NCBI GenBank assembly: GCA_963750165.1
Contig: CAVVPN010000003.1
Location: 2,848,001-2,912,000 of the forward strand
Source: an uncultured Gemmataceae bacterium
GTDB taxonomy: Bacteria; Planctomycetota; Planctomycetia; Gemmatales; Gemmataceae
DNA length: 64,000 bases
Direction of reading: 5' to 3'
Shown here: positions 1 through 10,473 of the stretch, in pieces
Numbering within the stretch: position 1 is the first letter of the stretch
Layout: each line of letters begins with the position of its first letter
Position numbers and translations under genes: made by a program
Notes under the pieces: model-generated
The model's database searches: none
Told to the model about the DNA's origin: nothing
Seen by the model: only the letters and a program-made list of their open reading frames with translations

Positions 1-750
1 CTTTTCCGTCACCAGCGTGCCGATGGTATGGCCGGCAATGGCCCGTTCGATGTTGCCTTCGCGCTTGAAATTGAACACCAGGATCGGCAGTTTCGCCGCC
101 CGGCACAGGTCGATGGCGGCGGTGTCCATCACCCGCAAATTATCGCGGATCACCTGGTCGTAAGTCAACTTCTCGTAGCGCACCGCGTGTGGGTTCAGCT
201 CCGGGTCGGCGCTGTAGACGCCATCGACCTTCGTCGCCTTGAGCAGGATGTCGGCCTGCAGCTCGCAGGCGCGCAGGGCGGCGGCGGTGTCGGTCGTCAC
301 GAAGGGGTTGCCGGTGCCGCCGGCCAGGATCACGATGCGGCCCTTCTCCAGGTGCCGGGTACAGCGGCGGCGGATGTACGGCTCGGCCACGCTCTCCATG
401 CGGATGGCGGTCTGCAACCGCGTCTCGCAGTTCAGGCTCTCCAAAGCGTCCTGCAGCGCCAGACCGTTCAGGATGGTGGCGAGCATGCCCATGTGGTGGG
501 CGGTGGCCTGCTTGATGACATCGCCGCCGGCGCTGAACTGGGCGCCGCGCAGGATGTTGCCGGCCCCCACCACAATCGCCAGCTGCACGCCGCGCTCCAG
601 CACACGCTTGGCCGTGCGCGCGATGTTCAGCGTCTCGTCGATGCTGATGCCGCTCTTGCCGACGTAGCCGAAGCCCTCGCCGCTGAGCTTCAATATGACG
701 CGGTGGTACTTCGGTTTCAACGGATCAACGGCGGGTTGAGAATCGTCCAT
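1..750 (-). CDS. pyrH: UMP kinase (3' end runs off the window)
   Basis: Manual minus-strand translation from ATG 750: MDDSQP...[14 protein letters not shown]...[10 protein letters not shown]...[17 protein letters not shown]...[18 protein letters not shown]...[13 protein letters not shown]. Absent from the ORF track because the stop is outside the window. Confidence 0.95.
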   Translation of the reverse strand, partial: MDDSQPAVDPLKPKYHRVILKLSGEGFGYVGKSGISIDETLNIARTAKRVLERGVQLAIVVGAGNILRGAQFSAGGDVIKQATAHHMGMLATILNGLALQDALESLNCETRLQTAIRMESVAEPYIRRRCTRHLEKGRIVILAGGTGNPFVTTDTAAALRACELQADILLKATKVDGVYSADPELNPHAVRYEKLTYDQVIRDNLRVMDTAAIDLCRAAKLPILVFNFKREGNIERAIAGHTIGTLVTEK

Positions 751-813
751 CAGGGTGCCTGGGGTTGCGGAGTGGGTATCACTCTCGCCATTGTAGCGGC
801 GGCGGCGAATCAA

Positions 814-885
814 GGCGAGCGGGGTCGCGTCAGCGCCCCGTGCGCGCTATCGAGCGCACGGGGCGCTGACGCGACCCCGCTCGCC
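814..885. repeat. REP-like perfect 32-bp inverted repeat between divergent pyrH and ptsI
   Basis: GGCGAGCGGGGTCGCGTCAGCGCCCCGTGCGC (814-845) and its exact reverse complement (854-885). Confidence 0.9.
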
Positions 886-893
886 CCGGCCGT

Positions 894-922
894 TTGACGC
901 TCTGCGCATCGCTTGTTAGAGT
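894..922 (+). promoter_or_regulatory. putative sigma70 promoter for ptsI
   Basis: TTGACG (894-899), 17-nt spacer, TAGAGT (917-922); ATG at 929. Confidence 0.5.
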
Positions 923-928
923 GAAATC

Positions 929-2689
929 ATGAAGAAAGGTGTGCCGGTGTCGCCGGGTGTGGCCGTCGCCCGCGCTTACTGCGTGGACGAGGTGCTGGCC
1001 CGCCGCGAACCCAGTAAACTCGACGAAGCCGCCCTGTCCGACGAGGTCGTTCGGTTCGACCACGCCTGCGCCGCCGCGGCCAGGGAACTGGACGCTATCG
1101 TCGCGCGCGTGCAGCTCCCAGGTCGGCGACGAGGCGGCCGCCATCTTCCAGGCCCACCGCCTGCTGCTACGCGACCCCGTACTCACCGCACGCGTCAAGA
1201 ATGCCATCCTCACCCAGCACGTCGATGCCCGCACCGCCCTGCACGACGTGCTCGACGAGTACGCCGCCCTCTTCGGCCAGATCAAGGACGAGTACCTCAA
1301 GGAACGCATGGCCGACATCCGTGATGTCATCGGCCGCGTCATCGCCCAGCTGGCTCTGCAGCAGGATGGCCATCGCCACACCCTGGAAGTCAACGAACCC
1401 GTCATCATCGTCGCCCCGGAAATCCTGCCGTCGCAGGCGCTGACGTTCGACCGGCTGCAGGTGGCCGGCATCATCACCGAGGCCGGCGGCACCACCGGCC
1501 ACGCCGCCATCCTGGCGCGGTCGCTCGGCATCCCCGCGGTCTCGGGCCTGCGCGGCATCCTGCGTGAAGTGCAGACCGGCGACCTGATCGCCCTGGACGG
1601 CCGCGAGGGACACGTCTATCTGCGGCCGGGCGCCGAGGTGGAGGCGGCCTACCGCAAGCTGCAGCGCGAGTACGTGGACATGCGCGACCGGCTGATCGAG
1701 AACCGCGATCAGGAGCCGGTGACGCGCGACGGCGAAGCCGTGCGAGCTGCTGGCCAACGTCAACGGGCCGCCGGATGCGTTCATGGCGGTCAAGGCGGGG
1801 GCCTGTGGCGTCGGCCTGTACCGCACCGAATACCTGTTCCTGACGCATCCGACGGTGCCGTCGGAGGAGGAGCAGCTGGCGGCATACCGGGCGGTGATCG
1901 AGGCGGCGCCGAACCGTACCGTGACGATCCGCACGCTGGACCTGGGCGGCGACAAGCACGTGGCGTACCTGAACCCGCTGCACGAGGCCAACCCGTTCAT
2001 GGGCTGGCGCAGCATCCGCCTGAGCGGCGCCTACCCGGAGTTCTTCCAAACGCAGTTGCGCGCCATCCTGCGCGCGGGACTGCACGGTCAGATCAGCCTG
2101 CTGTTCCCCATGATTAGCACCGTCGAGGAGGTGCAGCGCCTCAAGCGCGATGCTCAAGCGCACCCGGCAGGCGCTGCGGCGGGCGGCGGTGCCGTTCAGC
2201 GAGGACGTGCCGGTCGGCATCATGATCGAGGTGCCGGCGGCGGCGCTGTGCATCGACACGCTGCTGCAAGAGGTCGATTTCGTCAGCATCGGTTCCAACG
2301 ACCTGATCCAGTACGTCATGGCCGCCGACCGCGACAACCCCAAGGTGGCGCACCTGTGCGAGCCGTTCACCCCGGCCATCATGAAGCTGCTGGCGTACGT
2401 CATCCGGGCGTGCAACGCCCACGGCAAGCCGGTGACGCTGTGCGGCGAAATGGCCGGCCGGCCGCGCTGCTTCCTGCCGCTGTTCGGCATGGGACTGCGC
2501 CGCTTCAGCATGAGCCCGGCGTTCGTGCCGTCGATCAAGGAGATGGTGCGCCGCACGCAGCGCGAACTGGCCGAGGAGGTCGCCGAGCGTGTGCAAGCGA
2601 TGAAGACCGTCGGCGAGGTGCGCGGCTACCTGACCAAACAGACAAAATCCCTGTGCCCGAATGTTGCCTTTCTGGACGTGCGGCAGTAA
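929..2689 (+). CDS. ptsI: phosphoenolpyruvate-protein phosphotransferase (PTS enzyme I), split by about 3 frameshifts
   Basis: MKKGVPVSPGVA; GGTTGHAAILARSLGIPAV (phospho-His); GVGLYRTEYLFL; IRTLDLGGDK; EANPFMGWRSIR; GIMIEVP; SIGSNDLIQY; LCGEMAG, spread over four ORF segments. Confidence 0.9.
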
Positions 2690-2724
2690 TTTACCTACAC
2701 CCTTGACGTTTCGCTGCCAGCGCC

Positions 2725-2847
2725 CTCGCTCCCACGCGGAGCGTGGGAACGCATGGTTGCGACGCTCCGCGTCGCGCCTGCCCAGCGGTGGGGACGGGAT
2801 GCAGAGCGTCCCAGGACTCGCATTCCCACGCGGAGCGTGGGAACGAG
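2725..2847. repeat. REP-like doublet
   Basis: Two copies of palindromic CCCACGCGGAGCGTGGGAAC at 2731 and 2825. Confidence 0.8.
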
Positions 2848-3107
2848 GAAACCGATTCCGCAGTTGCAACACACCTTTGGCACACGATTTTTCGTGTTTT
2901 CCGGGGTGTTTTGATACTACAATTAGGGTCGGGCTGCCGATTCTGGCGACCCTACCAACGACACAAACTTTGCCAGCAGACGCAGCCTCTTGGGAGGCGA
3001 GAAGGCTGAGCGAAAAGCAAAAAACTCCTTGAAGTTGGGACGGGTGCCGATATATTTTCATATCTCCACCCGAAACGGGTCGTTTCTCGTGTTTTGAGGG
3101 GACGTTT

Positions 3108-3302
3108 ATGTCGAGTAGCGTGATGGCGGAGTTGGATTTCATCGAAGAGTTGCGGTTGCGGCGCTGGGCGCGGGAACATTACGTCCCGGCCGGCCAGCGG
3201 GAGCACAACTGGCACCCGGTCGTGCATGAGGAGATGGAGAAGAAGGATCAGGAGGGCGATCCCCGCCTGGCTGGCCTGTCGTACGCCTGGACCAAGAGCT
3301 GA
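3108..3302 (+). CDS. small hypothetical protein (64 aa)
   Basis: GAGGGG RBS; ELDFIEELRLRRWAREHY...WHPVVHEEM resembles a small planctomycete protein family (recall, unverified). Confidence 0.7.
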   Translation: MSSSVMAELDFIEELRLRRWAREHYVPAGQREHNWHPVVHEEMEKKDQEGDPRLAGLSYAWTKS

Positions 3303-3463
3303 CCACCCCGTCCACGCCGACCCGAGGCCCCGACCTCTCCCGAATTCGGCCGCCTCGGGTCATGGTTTTTCCAACCCGCAGTAAACTCAGCGACATCCTA
3401 CCAACCGCGGTTCCCCGCGGCGGCGCACCCGGTGCGCCGGCGTTTTCCCGGAGGGCCTGATTC

Positions 3464-4642
3464 ATGGGCTTCTTTTCCGGCGCCTCACCTGCGCCCGTTA
3501 CCGCGTCGCCGGCGCCGCCCCGCGCGCCTTCGGCCCTGACGAACTGCAAAAACTGGACGCTGCGGCCATCGGCAAGCAGCGCGTGGTCAGCGCCGATGGC
3601 GTGCAGGCCGGCTGGACTGCCGGCGACCACATCCTCGACACGCGCTTCGACCTGGCCAAGAACGTCAGCAACGACACGCTGCACTTCGCCCTGCGCGTGG
3701 ATGCCCAGAAGATCCCGGGTGAGTTGCTGCGCGCCTACACGCAGGTGGAGCTGGAGGCGCAGGCGGCGGCCAACCCGAGCGGCCGGCCCAGCGCCCGCCA
3801 GCGCCGCGAGGCGCGCGAGACGGCCCGTGAGCGCCTCGAAGCCGAGGCCGCCGACGGTCGCTTCCTGCGCCGCCAGGCGTTCGAGCTGCTCTGGGATGCG
3901 CAGTCGAACGAGCTGCTGGTCGGCACCACAGCGATCACGATGATCGACCGGCTGCACACGCTGTTCCAGCAGACGTTCGGCCGCGGTTTCGAGATGCTGA
4001 GCGCCGGCCGCCAGGCGTTCGCCCAGGCGGAGACGCGCAACCAGACACGCGGCGTCGATGACGCCTTGCCGGCGGTGTTCCTGCCCGGCGTCAGCACGGC
4101 CGAAATCGCGTGGCTGCCGGACGAGAACAACCGTGACTACCTGGGCAACGAATTTTTGCTGTGGTTGTGGTACGTGCTGGAGAACGAGTCGGACACGTTG
4201 ACGCTGGCGGACGGTTCCGAGGCGGCGGTGATGCTGGCGCGGACGCTGGTGCTGGAGTGTCCGCGTGGCGTGTCGGGCAAGGAGAGCATCAGCAGCGATG
4301 GACCGACACGGTTGCCGGAGGCGCTGCGGGCGATCCAGTCGGGCAAGCTGCCGCGCAAGGTCGGCCTGACGGTGGTGCGGCACGACCAGCAGTACGAACT
4401 GACGTTGCAGGCGGAGACGCTGGCGATCTCCGGCGCCCGGCTGCCGCCGCCGGAGGGCGACGACGAGCGCGCCCGCCTGGACGAGCGCGTGACGCAGCCT
4501 GCGGCACTTCCTGGAGACGCTGGATTTGCTGTACGACGCCTTCGGGGCGCGGCGGTTCGGCGCCGGCTGGTCCAAGGATCTGGCTCGCATTCAGAAGTGG
4601 CTCAGCCGTGACGAGCGCAGCCGGCTGTCCGGAGTCGGTTAG
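3464..4642 (+). CDS. RdgC-like recombination-associated protein, two frameshifts
   Basis: MGFFSG start; FALRVDAQKIP; YLGNEFLLWLW; PEALRAIQSGKLPRK; after a shift near 4498 it reads LRHFLETLDLLYDAF to TAG 4640-4642. Confidence 0.7.
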
Positions 4643-4773
4643 TCAGGATGAGGGCGTGAGGGGTGACGTACAGCGGCGGACCTGTGTTTCACCCCCTCAC
4701 CTCTTCACCTTGTCACCCCCTCACCGCCTGCTAGGATTCCTCCAAACCCTCGCCCGCACCACAGGCCGTTGTC

Positions 4774-5553
4774 ATGCCCATCGAAATCGTCTGCGAATCC
4801 TGCTCGGCCCGGCTGCGCGTCGCCGACGAGCACCAGGGCAAGACTGTGCGCTGCCCGAAATGCAAGAAGCCGATCCCGGTGCCCACGGCCCCGGTTCCTG
4901 AAGTTCTGGAGGACACCCTCGAAACTGACCTGGAACTGGTCCGGCCAGGAGAAGACCCCTTCGCGCACCTCGACGAGGTGGACGAAAAGGTGCAGCAGCT
5001 GATTACCGACGAGCTGGAGCGCGACGAGCAAGTCATCTGGGTCGGCCGGCCGCCAGAGGACGAGTACAAGTCCAATCCGGTCCTGCTGTACATCATCGGC
5101 GGGGTGAGCGGGGTGCTTTCTCTGTCGTGTTTGGGAATGCCCTTCTGCTGCATGGGCTTGAACACCGGGGACCGGTTCACATCCCACCCCATGGCCTGGA
5201 TTGTGTTTATCGGCGGCTTCCTCCTCCTGGCCGCGATGGCCGGCGCGGTGACTTACGCCGCCGCGTACATGCCGAACCACATCGCCCGCCGGCCGTGCTA
5301 CGTGCTCACCGACCGCCGTATCCTGGCCACCGAGGGCGTCAAAACGCTCAAGATCGCGCCGGCCACGTACATCGCCAAGATGCGCCGCCAGGATTTGCCC
5401 AGGCGGCGCGGCCACGGCAACCTGCACATCCCCATCAAGGCCAGCGGCTACGACGACGCCCGCATCAAACTCGACACCATCCCGGACGTGGCGGCCGTCG
5501 AGCAGCTGATCCGCGACGTGCTGCTGGAGGGCAAACGGCCGCCAGGGCGCTGA
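4774..5553 (+). CDS. zinc-ribbon membrane protein
   Basis: N-terminal CxxC...CPKC; two hydrophobic helices; YVLTDRR motif. Confidence 0.75.
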   Translation: MPIEIVCESCSARLRVADEHQGKTVRCPKCKKPIPVPTAPVPEVLEDTLETDLELVRPGEDPFAHLDEVDEKVQQLITDELERDEQVIWVGRPPEDEYKSNPVLLYIIGGVSGVLSLSCLGMPFCCMGLNTGDRFTSHPMAWIVFIGGFLLLAAMAGAVTYAAAYMPNHIARRPCYVLTDRRILATEGVKTLKIAPATYIAKMRRQDLPRRRGHGNLHIPIKASGYDDARIKLDTIPDVAAVEQLIRDVLLEGKRPPGR

Positions 5554-5558
5554 ATGGC

Positions 5559-5634
5559 AGCGCTAAGCCGCAAGCGGCAGAACAGCAGGGATGGCGCTTC
5601 ACCCCAGAGGTTCTGCCGCTTGCGGCTTAGCGCT
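5559..5634. repeat. REP-like inverted repeat (also at 13131-13182, partial near 15413)
   Basis: AGCGCTAAGCCGCAAGCGGCAGAAC ... GTTCTGCCGCTTGCGGCTTAGCGCT between convergent genes. Confidence 0.85.
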
Positions 5635-6232
5635 CGGCCGCCTGGAATTTTTCCAGTTCCACAAGGATTTCCACCTCGCGGTTCTTGACGATCTGCTTGA
5701 CCATGCCGACGTTGGCGGCGTACCAGGTCGTGATCGCGGTCTTCTCGCCGCCCACCTTGAGGTCGGTGGTGGTGACCTTGAGGGCTCGATAGGGCTTGCC
5801 GCGCACGGTGACCGCCTCGAACTCCTGGGAGTACCGGCCCTGCAGTTCCTGACCGGCGGTGCGCGACTGCACCTGCCAGTGCGCGTCCTTTTTGGCCGGC
5901 ACCTTGCACAGGCACAGCGGCGGCAGCAGGTCAAAGGCGTTGGCGCGGAAGCGGTAGACGCCATCGGGCCGCACGCCGACGTACTCGACCACGGTGGTGC
6001 CGTCGCCCTTCGTCTCCAGGCGGGCGCACCACTGCTTGTCGATCAGTTCGTGCTTGACCACGCGCGTGACCAGGGTGCGCGGGCCGACGCGATACTCCCA
6101 GCGATTGCTGACCTGGAGCGGGAAATAGGGCGAGTCCTTGAAGCCCTGCTTGTCGGCCTGGGCCGCGGCGGACGGCAGCCCCAGCGCCAGGGCGGCGACC
6201 AGCAGGACGGCGGTACGGGGCATGTGGGGCAC
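5627..6232 (-). CDS. exported hypothetical protein
   Basis: Signal peptide; YFPLQVSNRWEY...TWYAANVGMVKQ. Confidence 0.75.
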   Translation of the reverse strand: MPHMPRTAVLLVAALALGLPSAAAQADKQGFKDSPYFPLQVSNRWEYRVGPRTLVTRVVKHELIDKQWCARLETKGDGTTVVEYVGVRPDGVYRFRANAFDLLPPLCLCKVPAKKDAHWQVQSRTAGQELQGRYSQEFEAVTVRGKPYRALKVTTTDLKVGGEKTAITTWYAANVGMVKQIVKNREVEILVELEKFQAAER

Positions 6233-6256
6233 CTCGAACGGGGAATCGCCACAGGG

Positions 6257-8548
6257 CTAGCGCGTCGCCAGCAGCTCGCGCACCACGCGGCCCGGCGACA
6301 TCGGCAGTTCGTACAGGCGCACGCCGACCGCCCGGTAAATGGCGTTGGCCAGCGCCGCGGGCGGCGGCACGATCGGCACCTCACCGACGCCGCGCACGCC
6401 ATAGGGGTGGTGCGGGTTCGGCACCTCCACCAGCACCGCGTCGATCATTGGCAGGTCCAGGCTCGTCGGCATGCGATAATCGAGATAGCTGGCGTTGGTC
6501 ATCTGGCCCTTGTCGTTGTAGACGTACTCCTCGTTCAGGCCCCAGCCGATGCCCTGCACCGCGCCGCCCTGAATCTGCCCCTCGACGTAGCTGGGGTGGA
6601 TGGCGGTGCCCACGTCCTGCACCGCCGTGTAACGCAGGATGGTCACCTTGCCCGTTTCCGCATCGACCTCCACATCGACAATGTGCGTGGCGAACGCGCC
6701 GCCGGCGCCGGGCGGATCGACGCTGGCGCGGCCGACGACCGTGCCGCCGGTGTGGTGCAGCTTCGCGGCCAGTTCCTTGAACGTGAAGTGCTTCGCCGGA
6801 TCGCTCTGGCAGGTCAGCACACCGCGCTCGTACTTCACGTCCGCCGGCGACGTGCCCCAGAGGTGCGCCGCCCGCGCCGCCAGCTGCCGCTTGATGTCCT
6901 GCGCCGCCTCGTAGGCGGCCCAGCCAGTGGCGAAGGTGACACGACTGCCGCCGGTCACGTCGGTGTAGCCGACCATGTCCGTGTCCGCCACCACCGGCTT
7001 CACGTCCTCCGCCCGGATGCCGAGCGCTTCCGCCAGCTGCATCGCAATCGACGTGCGCGTGCCGCCGATGTCGGTCGAGCCCTCGACCAGGCTGACGCTG
7101 CCATCGGCGTTGACGCTGGCGGTGGCGCTGGACTTCAGGCCAATGTTGAACCAGAAGCCCGACGCGACGCCGCGGCCGCGGGGTCTGGTCGGGAGACCAG
7201 ACCCCAACGAGGGGAGCGGGGTCTGGTAGTGCGGATGCTGCCGGGCCGCCTCGACCGTCTCCAGCATGCCGATGCGCGGATACACCGGGCCGTCCGCGCG
7301 GCGGGTGCCCTCGCGGGCGCCGTTGCGCAGCCGGAAGTCAAGCGGGTCGATGCCCAGCTGCTCGCACAGTTCATCGACGACGGTCTCGGCGGCGAAGGCG
7401 GCGTTGGTGGCGCCGGGCGCCCGGTACGCGCTGGTGGCCGGCTTGTTGACCACCACATCGTAACCGTCAATGGTGACATTGGGGATGTCATAACACGCGA
7501 AGACGCACATGGCCCCCGGGCCGACGGGCGACCCAGGGTAAGCGCCGGCCTCGTAAGCGAGGTACGCCTCCGCGGCGGTCAGGCGGCCGTTCTTATCGGC
7601 GCCCAGCTTGACGCGGATGAACGAGCCGGGCGTCGGGCCGGTGCCCTCGAACACGTCGGCACGGCTCATGAGCACCTTGACCGGCTTGCCGGCCTTGCGG
7701 CTCAGCAGCGCCGCCACGGGTTCGAGGTAGACGCGAATCTTGCCGCCGAAGCCGCCGCCGATTTCCATCGGCACAACCTTGATGCGCGACACGGGCATTT
7801 GCAGCAACTCCGCCACCTGGGCGCGGACGGTGAACGCGCCCTGCGTGCTGCACCAGATGGTGAGCGCGCCGTCGGCGTTCCACAGCGCCGTGGCGTTGTG
7901 CGGCTCGATGTAGCCCTGGTGGACGGTTGCGGTGCGGAAGCTGCGCTCGATGACCAGGGCCGCCTCGGCGAAGCCCTTGGTGGTGTCGCCGAGCTTGAAC
8001 TGAAAGTGCTTGGCGATGTTGGAGCCCTTGCCGGCGGCGCCGTTGGGGCCGGGCTGCTGGGCCAGCGACTCGGTGCGCAGGCCGGGGTGCAGCAGGGGAG
8101 CCTCGGGCCGCATGGCCGCGAGCACGTCGGTGACGGCCGGCAGCGGTTCGTAGTCCACCTCAATCAGCGCCAGCGCCTCCTCGGCGACGTGCGGGTTGCT
8201 GGCGGCGACGGCGGCGATGGCGTGGCCCTTGTACAGCACCTTTTCGCGAGCCAGGGTATTGCAGCTCAGGTGACGCAGGTTGATGGCGCCCTCGCCCAGC
8301 TCGGCGATGCGGTCGCCAGGCTCGGGCAGGTCCTGGGCGGTGACGACCGCCTCGACGCCGGGCAGCGCCAGTGCCTTGTTGACGTTGATGCCGCGGACGT
8401 GGGCGTGCGCGTGTGGACTGCGCAGGACGCGGCCGTGCAGCAGACCGGCCAGCTGCAGGTCGGCGCCGTAGAGGGCGCGACCGGTCACCTTGTCGAGGCC
8501 GTCGTGGCGGATGGGGCGTGTGCCGATCACCTGGTAGGGGGTGCTCAC
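6257..8548 (-). CDS. xanthine dehydrogenase / CoxL family molybdopterin-binding subunit
   Basis: GTG start 8548; KVTGRALYGAD; RSPHAHA; GGGFGGK; AYRAPG; VEGQIQGG; GVRGVGE. Confidence 0.92.
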   Translation of the reverse strand: MSTPYQVIGTRPIRHDGLDKVTGRALYGADLQLAGLLHGRVLRSPHAHAHVRGINVNKALALPGVEAVVTAQDLPEPGDRIAELGEGAINLRHLSCNTLAREKVLYKGHAIAAVAASNPHVAEEALALIEVDYEPLPAVTDVLAAMRPEAPLLHPGLRTESLAQQPGPNGAAGKGSNIAKHFQFKLGDTTKGFAEAALVIERSFRTATVHQGYIEPHNATALWNADGALTIWCSTQGAFTVRAQVAELLQMPVSRIKVVPMEIGGGFGGKIRVYLEPVAALLSRKAGKPVKVLMSRADVFEGTGPTPGSFIRVKLGADKNGRLTAAEAYLAYEAGAYPGSPVGPGAMCVFACYDIPNVTIDGYDVVVNKPATSAYRAPGATNAAFAAETVVDELCEQLGIDPLDFRLRNGAREGTRRADGPVYPRIGMLETVEAARQHPHYQTPLPSLGSGLPTRPRGRGVASGFWFNIGLKSSATASVNADGSVSLVEGSTDIGGTRTSIAMQLAEALGIRAEDVKPVVADTDMVGYTDVTGGSRVTFATGWAAYEAAQDIKRQLAARAAHLWGTSPADVKYERGVLTCQSDPAKHFTFKELAAKLHHTGGTVVGRASVDPPGAGGAFATHIVDVEVDAETGKVTILRYTAVQDVGTAIHPSYVEGQIQGGAVQGIGWGLNEEYVYNDKGQMTNASYLDYRMPTSLDLPMIDAVLVEVPNPHHPYGVRGVGEVPIVPPPAALANAIYRAVGVRLYELPMSPGRVVRELLATR

Positions 8549-8635
8549 GGGGGGTCTTCCGTTGGGTTGGGGCGAGCGGTTGCCGCTGCGGGTTGTTATC
8601 GGAAATGCTCGCGAGACGGGCAAGGCAGCGGACCC

Positions 8636-8776
8636 CAGTTGTGGCGTGGTCCCCCAGTTGTGGCGTGGTCTCCGGACCACGCCACCGGGCCGAACCGAAG
8701 GTCTCCCCACCTTCCGGCGCCTGAAGAGGAGACCTTCGGTCGCAGCCGTGGCCCGGTCAGGAGACCGGGCCACAAC
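8636..8776. repeat. composite REP-like element
   Basis: GTTGTGGCGTGGTC tandem; CCGAAGGTCTCC/GGAGACCTTCGG; GTGGCCCGGTCAGGAGACCGGGCCACAAC. Confidence 0.8.
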
Positions 8777-8812
8777 TGGGAATGCTCCGAACCGCCAGCG
8801 GCAGTCAAGGGA

Positions 8813-10473
8813 CTACTTCTGCAACTTCTCCAGCAACTTATTCGTGTCCTTGCGTAACTGCTCGTAAATCGCCATGTCCTGGCTGAGCGTGCGCAGCTGC
8901 GTCATCACCGCCGGCGTCTCGTTGATCCACTTGCGGCCGGCGGTCGTGGAGGCCATCTGCGACAGCGACTGCACCGCCATGACGCGGCCGTCGCCAATGC
9001 GCTTCTCCGTCACCTTCGCGCCGCCGATGGTCTTCTCGGCACTGCTGCCTTCCACCTTGCCGCCGGTGCCGGCGTAAATCTGAATCTTGTCGTCGCGGAG
9101 GAACTCCAGCAGCACGTCCATCGTCGCCTTCGGTGCCTTGTCGCGCTCGAAGATGCCCAGCAGGTAGGCACAATCGTAGCGAAGCATCTTGGCGTCGGGC
9201 TCACGGGCGTCGGTCATGAGCTTGGCCATCGCCGGGAACAGACCGGGGATGTCCACCATCTTCTCCCGATGGACGCGCAGGGCCCACAACGCCCGCTCAC
9301 GCACGCGCATCGGAGCGGCCGGATCCTCGATGACCTTCAGCAGCCCCGGAGCCGCGGTCTTCGCCGCCGGCACTGGCCCGATCCGCGACAGCGCCACCGC
9401 CGCGTCGGCGCGCACCTCCATCCGCTCGCCGGCGTCCTGCACCATTGCCGCCAGGTCCGGCACCGCCTTCTCGGCATGCACTTCCAGACCGCCCAGCGCG
9501 ACGGCAGCGTAGCGACGCATTTCCGCGTCCCTGTCCTTCAACGCCCGTTGCAGGTCCGGGGCGGCCTCCGCGGCGTAGGTGCCGATGTTCTTCAGCGCCG
9601 CGCACGCCTTCTTGCGATACTCCAGGTCGCCGGTGTTGAGCAGCCCACGCAGCAGCGGCACGGCCTGCTTGCCCGTTTCGCCGCCGATGTTGCCCAGGGC
9701 CATGGCCGCGTTGTTGCGCACCTCCGCGTCGCTGTCGCCCAGCGCCGCGATCAGCGGCCCGGCCTTTTTGGCGTCTTCCGGCGTCACCAGCCGTACCAGC
9801 GCCAGCACCGCCGCCCGCCGCAACTCGCCATCCCTGTCGTTGCAGCACGCCAGCAGGGCGTCCAGGGCCTTGCGGCCCTTGTCGGCATCGTGCTCGGCGA
9901 CCGCGTTGGCCGCGTTCATTTTCACCTGCGGATCGGCGTCGCCGAGCAACTTCGTCAGCACGCCAACGTTATCGTTGCCGACCTGGCCCAGCGCCCAGGC
10001 GACGTTCTGACGCACGCCCACGCTGGCGTTGCCGGCCTGGCCGCGCAGCGCTGTCAGGATGGCCGGCGTCTCACGGCCCATGGTGCCCAGCGCCACCGCG
10101 GCGCTGCGCTGCACGGCCGGGTCGGGGGACCGGTTCAGCGCGTCGCACAGCGCGTTCTGGGCCTCGGGCGTCGGCGGGACACCGCTCTTGGAGCAGATTT
10201 CGCCCAGGGCGTAGGCCGCGGCTTCCTGCACCCGGGCGTCCTTGTCGTTGCGCAGCGTGGCGACCAGCTGCGGCAGCGCCGGCTGCGCCGGCGGCCCGAG
10301 CTTGCCCAGCGCGAAGGCGGCAGCGCGGCGAGCGCGGGCGTCGCCGGCATTCAGGTCGGTGGACCACTGCTTCCAGCCCTTGCCCAGAAACTCCTGCGCC
10401 GGCGCGGCGCCGGGGCTGCGATCAGCCCCAGGACGCCGAGCAGCAGCGCCGCCCTCCAGGTACGGCGGGTCAT
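8813..10473 (-). CDS. exported HEAT-repeat protein, frameshift near 10390
   Basis: ATG 10473 overlaps the upstream stop (ATGA); signal peptide; repeated D.D.EVR..AA.ALG units. Confidence 0.85.

Noticed and set aside
2731..2847. CCCACGCGGAGCGTGGG resembling the CRISPR hairpin (possible mini-array)
   Set aside because: It lacks the GGTTCA and AGCAG flanks, has the wrong period (94 bp) and fits a REP doublet.
5591..8857. Long antisense ORFs (1088 aa here; also 28-897, 15448-17880, 42296-44140, 50367-52076)
   Set aside because: Shadow ORFs of high-GC genes on the opposite strand, with no motifs.
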